Positions 30,142 to 38,836 of a stretch of DNA of 64,000 nt are shown piece by piece. The stretch is taken from positions 121,421 through 185,420 of the forward strand of contig CAKONC010000002.1 in assembly GCA_934096985.1 (NCBI GenBank). Direction: 5' to 3'. Below the pieces are notes generated by a model. That model saw nothing but the letters and a program-made list of their open reading frames with translations, made no database searches and was not told the origin of the DNA. This stretch comes from an uncultured Bacilli bacterium (lineage in GTDB: Bacteria; Bacillota_I; Bacilli_A; RF39; UBA660). How positions within the stretch are numbered: position 1 is the first letter of the stretch; every line of letters starts with the position of its first letter. A program made the position numbers and the translations under genes.

Positions 30142-32088
30142 TTATTTTTTATAATTATAAGCAATTTTATAATAATTTGTATCAATTATATAACTACTTA
30201 TATTTACTTTGTTATTAACTATTTGTTTTACTTTTTTTATATAATCAGCATTATCTTTGTTTTCAGATAAACTTTCATATTCTCCCGAAGATGCATAATA
30301 CTTTCCTTCATTTGTAACCCAAGAACGATTATCAAATATTGCCATGCCCTCTTCACTTGATAAAATATCATTTCCAACAATAAGTCTTGAGTCATATTTA
30401 AGTCCAAATAAATTATACAAAGTTGGAAGAACATCTATAGAACTGCCTACTTTATCAATTTTAATTGTATCAATTTTAGAATTATATAAAATAAATTTAC
30501 TATGATTGACTTCTATCTTCGCATCTTTTTTATAACTTGAAATTTCATTTACCTCATCAATCGTAAGCTCGTATGGATAGTGATCTCCCACAAGAGCAAT
30601 TACTGTATTATCTAAAATTCCTTTTTCAGAAAGTTTTTGGATTAAGCTTTCAAGTGCTTTATCAAGTTCCATATTTGCAGCTAAATATGAAAGAGGTCCT
30701 TCAGAATAGTTTAGGTTATATGATTTAATTTCATTTTCATGTTTTCTAGCCATAGCATTTTGGTTAAATTTATAACCAGCATGACCAGAAACAGTAGCAT
30801 AAAATACCATAAATGGTTTTTCACTCCTAGCATAGTCATCAAATGTTGAATCAATCATTTCTACATCACTTTGTGGCCAAGTATTACAATTTATTTTCTT
30901 TTCAAGTCCATTAAAACATGCAGTAAAATTATCAAATCCTAATGTTTTTAGATATACATTTCTATCTTGAAAAGCATAAGAATTATTGTGATATGCGTAA
31001 ACATTATAATCTTCATTTTTAAACATATCACCTATTCCTTGAGGAAATGAATTTGTGCCTTCTCTAAAGGTTTTTAGTGAAGAGAAATTTGCATATAATC
31101 CCGTTAATTCTTGGAACTCCCCTCCAATGGTACTATATATAGTTGGAGTATAAAAATTTTCAAAAACAAATCCATTATTTGCAAGTTTATATAAAGTTGG
31201 TGTAATATCTTCCCTTACGGCTATTTCATTAAAACTTTCAGCCATAAAAAGGATTAGATTTTTGCCTTTAAATTTACCTGTATATTCATTTTGGTAAGTT
31301 CCAGTAATTCCTTTTATATAATTAGTAAGAGTTACAACTTTATCATTATCCTTATAATCATTTAAAATTTTATCAAAATCTATATCTAAATTATTTAATT
31401 CATATTCGGTAGAAGATGGTTTACTTTGACTATCATTATCAATGACAATTTTTTCATCAAAGCCAAAAATAAATCTATACGAATCAATAATAAATGTATT
31501 TATAATACCAACTTTCTCAATATTTAGTGATGGATTATTTACGTGATAGAATAGTTCATATGGACTATAACTATCATCTTTATTTATTCTCAATGAATAT
31601 ACATAACCTATCGAAGATAAAATAAATAAAATTAATGCCATAGCAATTTTTATATTATTTGTTTTTTTAAACCAAATCTTTTTTCTGAATATTATAACCA
31701 AAATAAGTGGTAAGCAAATTAGCAATATTCCAGGTAGTCTTTTAATTACTTCATACACTGCTTTACCTAAAAATGACGTAACTTGATCTGCTATTTGCAA
31801 AATTGAAAATGATATATAAAAATCGAAAAATCCCTTAACAACATACTGTGCAGAAAACCATAATGACCAAAAAGCAAACGTAAAATAAAAAATAAATTTA
31901 TTAATTTTTTCATTAAATAGTCTAGTCAAAATATATAATAATATCGAAAAGCATAATATAAATATTATCATATTAATATTTGATAAAACAAATACTTTTT
32001 TATAAAATAAAAATCTATATATAAATTCCATATATATAAATGATAAAAAATATACTATAAATACGCTAGTTCTTTTATATTCTTTCAT
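30142..32088 (-). CDS. LTA-synthase-family sulfatase-fold enzyme (membrane-anchored phosphoglycerol-transferase type)
   Basis: 648 aa with about 5 N-terminal TM segments and an extracellular domain containing FMAESFN...ITPTL...STIGGEF, which is LtaS-like. Confidence 0.8.
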   Translation of the reverse strand: MKEYKRTSVFIVYFLSFIYMEFIYRFLFYKKVFVLSNINMIIFILCFSILLYILTRLFNEKINKFIFYFTFAFWSLWFSAQYVVKGFFDFYISFSILQIADQVTSFLGKAVYEVIKRLPGILLICLPLILVIIFRKKIWFKKTNNIKIAMALILFILSSIGYVYSLRINKDDSYSPYELFYHVNNPSLNIEKVGIINTFIIDSYRFIFGFDEKIVIDNDSQSKPSSTEYELNNLDIDFDKILNDYKDNDKVVTLTNYIKGITGTYQNEYTGKFKGKNLILFMAESFNEIAVREDITPTLYKLANNGFVFENFYTPTIYSTIGGEFQELTGLYANFSSLKTFREGTNSFPQGIGDMFKNEDYNVYAYHNNSYAFQDRNVYLKTLGFDNFTACFNGLEKKINCNTWPQSDVEMIDSTFDDYARSEKPFMVFYATVSGHAGYKFNQNAMARKHENEIKSYNLNYSEGPLSYLAANMELDKALESLIQKLSEKGILDNTVIALVGDHYPYELTIDEVNEISSYKKDAKIEVNHSKFILYNSKIDTIKIDKVGSSIDVLPTLYNLFGLKYDSRLIVGNDILSSEEGMAIFDNRSWVTNEGKYYASSGEYESLSENKDNADYIKKVKQIVNNKVNISSYIIDTNYYKIAYNYKK

Positions 32089-32251
32089 TATTCACCTTCA
32101 TATAAATTATATCATAGATTATTAATTTAATTTAAAAAAATGTAAACAAATGAGTATTTTATTTACATTGCAAATTATTTTAATGTCTTTTACGACTCTA
32201 ATTATCTTATCAAATGGTTTAATTTCATGAAATACTTATACGCATTGTATC

Positions 32252-32287
32252 AAAAAAGTTAGTATTTTTACACGCTTATACTAACTT
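32252..32287 (-). terminator. Rho-independent terminator closing the paralogue array
   Basis: On the minus strand: AAGTTAGTAT-12 nt-ATACTAACTT followed by TTTTTT. Confidence 0.55.
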
Positions 32288-32405
32288 TAATTTATTGTAA
32301 CCTTAATTTTATCAAAAGCATAATAATTATTATCATTTAACATTAAGGTTAAAATCATTTCATAAAAGTATTTTAATAACTTTTTAAGCACTTAACTTCT
32401 ATTTT

Positions 32406-33311
32406 TTATTGTTTAGTTTTTTCTTCAATATTAGACAACCTATATCCTCCTAAATCATTTGATTCAAAATCAAATATTATTGTAGTATACTCATTTGAAT
32501 TATAATTGTTTTTACAATACGTATATAAGCCTAATATATCAACATCTGTATCTATTTCTTTTAAAAGTTTTGTTTGTTTAAAATTTTTATAATACTTACA
32601 AGAATTATCATCACCCCAAAAATATACATATCCTAATTCTACAGTTGTATTTTGTATCTTTTTAGACATTATTATATTACCTGAATTTAACAAAACAGTC
32701 GGAAATGAACCAGGATTATATATGTTACATTCCTTACTATCACATTTTATAGAATTACCATCAGTAATAATAAAACCATCTAAATCATTTTTTGATATAG
32801 TAATTTTGCTATATCTATTTAATATATTAATAAGTTCAGAAATTGATATATTAAAATTCATATATTTTTTATTTAATTGTCCCTTTGCAACATTCATTTT
32901 TAATAAAACAAATTTAATTAAATTATATAAATAATTTTCATCAGAAATAGACATTCTTAATAATAAATCATATCTATTTAATTTCTGACTATCATTGTTC
33001 CAACCATCATCACCATATACATCAACATTATTTAAATCATCAAAAGAAAATCCGTTAAGTTTATCATCAATTTCATTAATATCACTAACTACCTCAGAAC
33101 GGAAGTAATACTCCCCATTAATCAAAATTTTTTCATCACTATCTATATTTTGAGTATTATTTGCGTTATTTATTTCGTTAGTATTAGTCTTATCATTTTT
33201 GCCAAGTAATGTTTTTCCTAAAATTATTCCTATTGGTATACATAGTACTATACATACTATTGCTGTTATAAATATTATTTTTCCATTATTTGCTTTCTTT
33301 TCATTTTCCAT
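32406..33311 (-). CDS. Membrane-anchored variable-ectodomain protein, paralogue C
   Basis: 301 aa. The N-terminus MENEKKANNGKIIFITAIVCIVLCIPIGIILGKTLLGKNDKTNTN is shared with the two upstream genes, while the C-terminal domain is unrelated to theirs. Confidence 0.6.
   Translation of the reverse strand: MENEKKANNGKIIFITAIVCIVLCIPIGIILGKTLLGKNDKTNTNEINNANNTQNIDSDEKILINGEYYFRSEVVSDINEIDDKLNGFSFDDLNNVDVYGDDGWNNDSQKLNRYDLLLRMSISDENYLYNLIKFVLLKMNVAKGQLNKKYMNFNISISELINILNRYSKITISKNDLDGFIITDGNSIKCDSKECNIYNPGSFPTVLLNSGNIIMSKKIQNTTVELGYVYFWGDDNSCKYYKNFKQTKLLKEIDTDVDILGLYTYCKNNYNSNEYTTIIFDFESNDLGGYRLSNIEEKTKQ
33175..33311. repeat. Conserved 5' cassette of the paralogue array (copy C)
   Basis: About 137 nt, almost identical by eye (a few mismatches) to 34818..34954. 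Confidence 0.7.
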
Positions 33312-33326
33312 ATAATTATTTTCTCC

Positions 33327-34127
33327 CTATTTATTTTCAAATAAAACTCTACTCACAATTTTATATTCTCCATCTTCAAATTCAAAAGTGTATTTAAGTC
33401 TTTCATTTCTACTTACATCATAAGTTATTATATACACATAATTTTCTTCTTTTACGGCATTTTCCACAATATCTTTAAAATATGTTCCACCTTCACAAGC
33501 ATTTGAATTTTTATATAAAATATAAGCATCCATATTTTCTTTATACTCAGCTATTTCACAAGCACCAATATTTAGATACTTACTTGGAATATAAGGAAAA
33601 TCCTTTTTAAAATAATAATAATATTTATCTTTTACATCATCATTTTTTATCATTAAGTTTAAAAAACTATATCCGTTATCAATTAAGTCTTTATTTCCAT
33701 TTTCTAAAGTTTCAATTTTAACTTTTTGAATATTATTTCCATTAATAGCTAAATAATTTGCTAAATTATCAGAATTATTTTCAATTCCCCATGGATCTTT
33801 AAAACTTAAATTACTAGTGGAAGAATTAAAATATAAATCATGGGTATAACTGATGTTTAAAAAAATCATAACAAATTTATTAAAAATTTTATCAACTTCC
33901 TCTTTCGTTGTATTTTCATATTTATTATTTTGAATATTATCAGTTTCATTTTGAGTGTTGCCTATTACATTATCTATTTTATTTGTTAAATTATTTTGCA
34001 TATTTGATACGTTATTACCTTCATTTTTGCCGAGTAATGTTTTTCCTAAAATTATTCCTATTGGTATACAAAGTACTATACATACTATAGAGGTTATAAA
34101 TATTATTTTACCATTATTATTTTTCAC
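33327..34127 (-). CDS. Membrane-anchored variable-ectodomain protein, paralogue B
   Basis: 266 aa with a GTG start behind AAGGAAG. The N-terminus MKNNNGKIIFITSIVCIVLCIPIGIILGKTLLGKNEGNN is followed by a divergent C-terminal domain. Confidence 0.6.
   Translation of the reverse strand: MKNNNGKIIFITSIVCIVLCIPIGIILGKTLLGKNEGNNVSNMQNNLTNKIDNVIGNTQNETDNIQNNKYENTTKEEVDKIFNKFVMIFLNISYTHDLYFNSSTSNLSFKDPWGIENNSDNLANYLAINGNNIQKVKIETLENGNKDLIDNGYSFLNLMIKNDDVKDKYYYYFKKDFPYIPSKYLNIGACEIAEYKENMDAYILYKNSNACEGGTYFKDIVENAVKEENYVYIITYDVSRNERLKYTFEFEDGEYKIVSRVLFENK
34020..34127. repeat. Conserved 5' cassette of the paralogue array (copy B, more diverged)
   Basis: Clearly alignable to the copy A and C cassettes across the TM-coding segment. 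Confidence 0.6.
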
Positions 34128-34156
34128 TTAAATCACTCTTCCTTGTTTTATTAAAT

Positions 34157-34954
34157 TTATTCCGAACAAAAATCATTTACTAAAATGTTTTCATTACTAG
34201 ATTTTTCTTTATTTAATAGATTAATAGAGTATTTATAACCGAATATATCATTAGACATGGATGCATTTGAGCACAATTTATCTTTGTCAACATCATTATC
34301 TAAATTGATTGTTTTTACAAGAATATTTAATTTACTATCTGTAATTGAAATTGAGTTAACTTTTTCATTAAATGCATTTTCATTTGAAATATCATATACA
34401 AGTAGTCCCTTATCTTTAATAAGTGAACTTCCAATAGAAGAAACATTATCATATAAAAATATAATATAATTATCATTATTATAATAATTTAAAACTATGT
34501 TTACTAAACCAATATTTTTTTCATTATATATAACATCCCATGTATAATAACTTTTATTAGACTTTTTAAGTATAACATTACCATCAAGTAATATAGTAAT
34601 ATTATATGATAAATTGTCTGCAATAAAGTATTGAATATCAGAAATACTTTTAGTATCAGATGATATATATATCATTTTATATTTATATCTATCTTCAACA
34701 TCAGGTAAACATGTTTTGTAATTATCTTTTGTACAATTAAGTGTTTCATTCTGTTGTACATCATTTGATACATTTTGAGTATTATTTGCATTATTTATTT
34801 TATTTGCATTATTTATTACATTAGTATTAGTCTTATCATTTTTGCCAAGTAATGTTTTTCCTAAAATTATTCCTATTGGTATACATAGTACTATACATAT
34901 TATTGCTGTTATAAATATTATTTTTCCATTATTTGCTTTCTTTTCATTTTCCAT
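34157..34954 (-). CDS. Membrane-anchored variable-ectodomain protein, paralogue A
   Basis: 265 aa with the same N-terminal 45 aa as paralogue C, an Asn-rich linker, then a unique C-terminal domain. Confidence 0.6.
   Translation of the reverse strand: MENEKKANNGKIIFITAIICIVLCIPIGIILGKTLLGKNDKTNTNVINNANKINNANNTQNVSNDVQQNETLNCTKDNYKTCLPDVEDRYKYKMIYISSDTKSISDIQYFIADNLSYNITILLDGNVILKKSNKSYYTWDVIYNEKNIGLVNIVLNYYNNDNYIIFLYDNVSSIGSSLIKDKGLLVYDISNENAFNEKVNSISITDSKLNILVKTINLDNDVDKDKLCSNASMSNDIFGYKYSINLLNKEKSSNENILVNDFCSE
34818..34954. repeat. Conserved 5' cassette of the paralogue array (copy A)
   Basis: Near-identical to 33175..33311. Confidence 0.7.
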
Positions 34955-35030
34955 ATCTCACACATCCCTTATCTTGCCCTAATTTTACTACATATTTAAA
35001 AAACTGTAAATAAGAACAAACTTATTTACA

Positions 35031-36641
35031 TTAATAACTTAATTTTCTAAATTCACTTGTACCATTTTTTAAAAGAGTAAACCATAAAATTAAATTTATG
35101 ATTAATAATACAAATAATTCAATTAGAATAACAAAATTAATATTTTTTATAAATGTTATAACTATAAAGACGCTTCCAAAGAAAAGCCCCATACCTGTAA
35201 ACGTACAAATCATTGTACTTGTACTTTGTTTAATAACTTCAGTTTCATTATTCCATTTGAGTTTTGGATATTTCAAATTAATAACAAGTCCATATAATGA
35301 AGAAAAAAGTGGTGCTAAAAATGAAAATAAAATTATATAAACAACATAAATTGATTTAACATTAAAATTTATTAAAAATATTAAATCACACATAAGTATA
35401 ATAGGAGTAGTTAAAACCATATTAAATAATATTTTTGATATAAAAATCTTTTTTTCACTTACTGGATAACTTTTTAAAATATTAAATGTTTTGCCCTCAA
35501 GGGAAATTGATGAACATGTAATTTGAGTCATAAATCCAGTAAATAAAATCATTTCTAGAAAAAATATTGGAGCATACTTGTTAATTAAATATGGTGTAAT
35601 AATAATATCTGAACTTGACTGTAAAATCGAAATAAAACCATTAACATTTGTGCATAGCAATACAGTTAGTATAACCATTAATACCATTCCAAATAATGTA
35701 TTTACAATATATACTGGAATTGAAAAATATGTTTTTAATTCTTTTTTGGTAAGTGATAAAACAGCATTTTTTCTTTTGAAGGATAACTTTTTACTATTCT
35801 TATTAGAGCTTACATTCTTAGATTTAAAAATGATTTTAAAATAATATAATGAACCTAAATAAATAAATATTACAAATGGAAGTATATTTACTAAAATTAA
35901 CTTTATTAAACAGATAAGATCAAACTTATTAATTAGTAATATGTATAAGTTTATTGGATAATATATTTTGGTAATAATGCTATTAATAACATTTGCATTG
36001 CTAACAATATTACTTACCAAATTTTCTATATTAAATGAAAAATAAAATACACCCACAAGTAAAAGCATTGAAATAATTGTTTGAACATTTTTAGAATTTT
36101 TAAAACTTAATGAAATAATTTTTATAATATAACCTATAACTGAAGCTATTATAAGTGGAAGTAATGGCAATAAAATAAGCATTATTAAAGATATTAAATA
36201 AAAATTTATATTAGGATTTTCAAAATAAGCATAAATTATAAATGCAGGTAAAATAAATAAACTATCATACATAAGTTGGAATAAATAAAACTTAAACATT
36301 CTTACAAAAAATACTGTTCTTTTTTCTATAGGCATAGATAAAATTAAATCATTATCCTTACATTCAAAAAGCATTCCTTGTGACTTATAAAATCCTTCAA
36401 TTATTGTATACATAGAAACAAACATAATCATCATGGATAGCATTATATAAGTAAGGCCAATTTTTGAAAGTGGTTTGGCAATTAAATAAGCATATGTACC
36501 TATACCATACATAACTATCAAAAATAGAAAAATAGGAAATAATTTTTTTCTTATATCACTCGTTTTATTGTTTTGTTTTACTTTAAATATATTCATCCCC
36601 TCACTCATTGAGGCTTTGATTAAAGAAATAACTTTTTTCAT
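35031..36641 (-). CDS. Large polytopic ABC-exporter permease-like protein
   Basis: 536 aa with 12 or more TM segments. Its start overlaps the stop of the ABC ATPase gene by 1 nt. Confidence 0.6.
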   Translation of the reverse strand: MKKVISLIKASMSEGMNIFKVKQNNKTSDIRKKLFPIFLFLIVMYGIGTYAYLIAKPLSKIGLTYIMLSMMIMFVSMYTIIEGFYKSQGMLFECKDNDLILSMPIEKRTVFFVRMFKFYLFQLMYDSLFILPAFIIYAYFENPNINFYLISLIMLILLPLLPLIIASVIGYIIKIISLSFKNSKNVQTIISMLLLVGVFYFSFNIENLVSNIVSNANVINSIITKIYYPINLYILLINKFDLICLIKLILVNILPFVIFIYLGSLYYFKIIFKSKNVSSNKNSKKLSFKRKNAVLSLTKKELKTYFSIPVYIVNTLFGMVLMVILTVLLCTNVNGFISILQSSSDIIITPYLINKYAPIFFLEMILFTGFMTQITCSSISLEGKTFNILKSYPVSEKKIFISKILFNMVLTTPIILMCDLIFLINFNVKSIYVVYIILFSFLAPLFSSLYGLVINLKYPKLKWNNETEVIKQSTSTMICTFTGMGLFFGSVFIVITFIKNINFVILIELFVLLIINLILWFTLLKNGTSEFRKLSY

Positions 36642-37348
36642 TATTCACCTAGTTCTAAGAATACTTCTTCGAGTGACTCATCACCTTTAATACTTTTCAT
36701 TGTTCCACACTTAATAAGTTTTCCCTTTTTAATAATAGCAACTTCATCACATAATTTTTCTGCTACATCTAAAATATGTGTTGAATAAAAAACTATAGAA
36801 CCTCTATTTGCCATATCTTTCATTATTTTTTTCATATCAAATACTGCTTTGGGATCAAGTCCAACAAAAGGTTCATCCATTACAAGGACTTTAGGCTCAT
36901 GGCACAGTGCAGAAATAAGTGCAATTTTTTGTTTCATTCCATGAGAAAAAGATGATATTTCATCGTTTAAATTTTTATCCATTTCTAAAAGTGAGGCATA
37001 TTTTAAAATATTCTCTTTTCTTTTTTCATTATTTACTTCATACATATCACAAACAAAATTTATAAAATCTATTGCTTTCATATTTTCATATAAATCAGGA
37101 TTATCTGGTAAATAAGCCATATCCATTTTACATTTAATTGGATTTGTCTTAATATTATTACCATTAATTAATATCTCTCCTTCATCAAAATCAATTATAC
37201 CCATTATCATTTTAATAAGGGTTGTTTTGCCTGCTCCATTATGTCCAATAAAGGCAAAGATTTTTCCATCCGGCACATTAAATGAAATATTGTCTAATGC
37301 TTTATTTTTACCATTATATGATTTACTAACATTTTTAATTTCTATCAT
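36641..37348 (-). CDS. ABC transporter ATP-binding protein
   Basis: Walker A GHNGAGKTT, signature FSHGMKQK, Walker B VLVMDEP. The ATG at 37348 follows GGAGGAC. Confidence 0.9.
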   Translation of the reverse strand: MIEIKNVSKSYNGKNKALDNISFNVPDGKIFAFIGHNGAGKTTLIKMIMGIIDFDEGEILINGNNIKTNPIKCKMDMAYLPDNPDLYENMKAIDFINFVCDMYEVNNEKRKENILKYASLLEMDKNLNDEISSFSHGMKQKIALISALCHEPKVLVMDEPFVGLDPKAVFDMKKIMKDMANRGSIVFYSTHILDVAEKLCDEVAIIKKGKLIKCGTMKSIKGDESLEEVFLELGE

Positions 37349-37417
37349 AAGTCCTCCATACAATTATATTGTATCACGTAATACATTATTTGTATAGATA
37401 AAAAAAAGGAAAGATTA

Positions 37418-37855
37418 TTAATTTAATCTATCCTTTACAATCTTACTAACTAGTGACATATCTGCATTAGTTATTTTTGAAGAAATCACTTTCATTAATG
37501 TTCCCATATCTTTCATAGAAGTTGGCTTAACTTCATCAAAAGCCATGTCAATAACTTTCATAATTTCTTCCTCTGTCATCTCCTGTGGTAAGTATTTATT
37601 TAATACCTCTACCTCTTTTTCTAGTTCATTAACTGTCTCTAATTTGTTATACTTTTTATATTCTTCAATAGAATCTTTACGAGTTTTAACTTGTTTTTTT
37701 ATAACTTTTAAAATGTCTTCATCAGTTAATTCATGTAATGAACCCTTACGGCTTTCATTAATTAATTCACTTTTTAGCATTCTTAAGACAGACAAGGTAA
37801 ATTTATCACCACTTTTAAGAGCATCTTTTAAATCTAAATCAATTTGATTTTCCAT
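37418..37855 (-). CDS. yqeY: GatB/YqeY-domain protein
   Basis: 145 aa with LKDALKSGDKFTLSVLRMLKSEL, a typical YqeY start. It sits in the conserved position after rpsU. Confidence 0.85.
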   Translation of the reverse strand: MENQIDLDLKDALKSGDKFTLSVLRMLKSELINESRKGSLHELTDEDILKVIKKQVKTRKDSIEEYKKYNKLETVNELEKEVEVLNKYLPQEMTEEEIMKVIDMAFDEVKPTSMKDMGTLMKVISSKITNADMSLVSKIVKDRLN

Positions 37856-37864
37856 ATTAACTCC

Positions 37865-38050
37865 TTAATTATGGCTTCTACGGCGTGAATTTTTAATATT
37901 TTCTTTCTTTTCATTTCTTCTTTTTACGCCTGGTTTTTCATAGCATTTTCTCTTCTTAAGTTCTGAAGGGACGCCACTACGAGCAAATTTTGCTTTAAAC
38001 TTTTTTAAAGCAAGATCAACATTACCATTTTGAACTACAACCTTTGTCAT
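37865..38050 (-). CDS. rpsU: 30S ribosomal protein S21
   Basis: MTKVVVQNGNVDLALKKFKAKFARSGVPSELKKRKCYEKPGVKRR. GGGAGGGAT lies upstream. The start is the ATG at 38050 or 38053, and the longer track ORF is an over-extension. Confidence 0.9.
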   Translation of the reverse strand: MTKVVVQNGNVDLALKKFKAKFARSGVPSELKKRKCYEKPGVKRRNEKKENIKNSRRRSHN

Positions 38051-38078
38051 CATATCCCTCCCTTCATTAGCTAAACAT

Positions 38079-38107
38079 ATTATAACACCTACCACTTTTT
38101 TTGACAA
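38079..38107 (-). promoter_or_regulatory. Sigma-A-type promoter for rpsU-yqeY
   Basis: On the minus strand: TTGTCA-17 nt-TATAAT, immediately after the stop of the second bacteriocin precursor. Confidence 0.55.
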
Positions 38108-38112
38108 GATTT

Positions 38113-38271
38113 TTAGCAACTAGTATGATTAAATAATCTTCTTAGTGTTGAACCAAAATTTTGTCCATATCCATATACTGCAATAATGATTCTACCTACA
38201 GCGGATAAAAGTGCAGCTGTTACGCCTGCTCCTCCAACATATAAAATGCTTTCATCTTTATTTAACACCAT
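38113..38271 (-). CDS. Double-glycine-leader bacteriocin precursor, peptide B (52 aa)
   Basis: MVLNKDESILYVGG | AGVTAALLSAVGRIIIAVYGYGQNFGSTLRRLFNHTSC. The ATG lies 1 nt after the peptide A stop. The track ORF 38113..38322 is the same frame over-extended across peptide A. Confidence 0.7.
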   Translation of the reverse strand: MVLNKDESILYVGGAGVTAALLSAVGRIIIAVYGYGQNFGSTLRRLFNHTSC

Positions 38272-38272
38272 A

Positions 38273-38422
38273 TTATCTAATATTGCAAGCTTTTGGATTA
38301 GAAAAACCATCAATAATTCCAAAAATAAAAGAACTAATTACAGATACTATAAATAAACCCATGCCAGAAAGTTTTGCACCACCAGTATATTTAATTGCAT
38401 CAGCATCACTTATTTTAGTCAC
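38273..38422 (-). CDS. Double-glycine-leader bacteriocin precursor, peptide A (49 aa, absent from the ORF track)
   Basis: GTG start 7 nt after AAAGGAGG. Product: MTKISDADAIKYTGG | AKLSGMGLFIVSVISSFIFGIIDGFSNPKACNIR. Leader residues at -4/-7/-12/-15 are Y/A/I/M, and the mature part contains a GxxxG (GIIDG). Confidence 0.7.
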   Translation of the reverse strand: MTKISDADAIKYTGGAKLSGMGLFIVSVISSFIFGIIDGFSNPKACNIR

Positions 38423-38437
38423 TTGCTTACCTCCTTT

Positions 38438-38836
38438 CTAGAAAATAAAATCAATAATTTTTTTGATTAATCTTTCTTTTTTATAATAAAATGTTATTTT
38501 TTTTGCTTCATTTTCCATTAAATTCAAATTTGTTTTTATTTTATAGTTTTGATAATTGTTAGCGTCTTTAGTATAAATTTCAGATATTTGTTCTATCTTA
38601 TACTGGTATACATTATTATCTATTTTTATTTTCTTTCCTTTTACAATAATGTCAGAGTTTTTTAAATCAACGGGTATTAAAATACTATTTTTTTGAAATA
38701 CACCATATACGGTAAATGAACTATATACTTTCAAATTAAAACTTAGAAACAATAATATGAGCAATATTCCACTTATGATGAATATTAATAAATAGTTTTT
38801 ATAAGGAATAGTTTTTAACCAAAAATAATTATTCAT
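38438..38836 (-). CDS. Short membrane-anchored accessory protein of the bacteriocin exporter (truncated HlyD/LcnD-like)
   Basis: One TM segment (LLIFIISGILLILLFLSF) followed by a short beta domain. The ATG at 38836 (MNNYFWLK) behind GGAG overlaps the ABC stop by 8 nt. The family assignment is tentative. Confidence 0.55.
   Translation of the reverse strand: MNNYFWLKTIPYKNYLLIFIISGILLILLFLSFNLKVYSSFTVYGVFQKNSILIPVDLKNSDIIVKGKKIKIDNNVYQYKIEQISEIYTKDANNYQNYKIKTNLNLMENEAKKITFYYKKERLIKKIIDFIF

Noticed and set aside
32089-32251. The long (317-bp) intergenic region between the paralogue array and the LtaS-family gene, as a possible ncRNA or small-ORF locus.
   Set aside because: Apart from the terminator at 32252..32287 and a promoter-like TATAAT/SD for the LtaS gene, I found only weak AT-rich hairpins. 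A 26-codon hydrophobic ORF (from the ATG near 32150) has no SD. None of this is convincing.
38272-38322. The N-terminal 17 codons (MELLMVFLIQKLAILDN) of the 69-aa track ORF 38113..38322.
   Set aside because: This stretch overlaps the peptide A coding sequence in another frame. The internal ATG at 38271, 1 nt after the peptide A stop, gives a canonical 14-aa GG leader.
38211-38441. A 76-aa plus-strand ORF lying over the bacteriocin precursor genes, which could have been an immunity gene.
   Set aside because: It is exactly antisense to two well-supported, SD-preceded, GG-leader ORFs. It has no SD of its own and its sequence is not membrane-protein-like, so it is most likely a shadow ORF.
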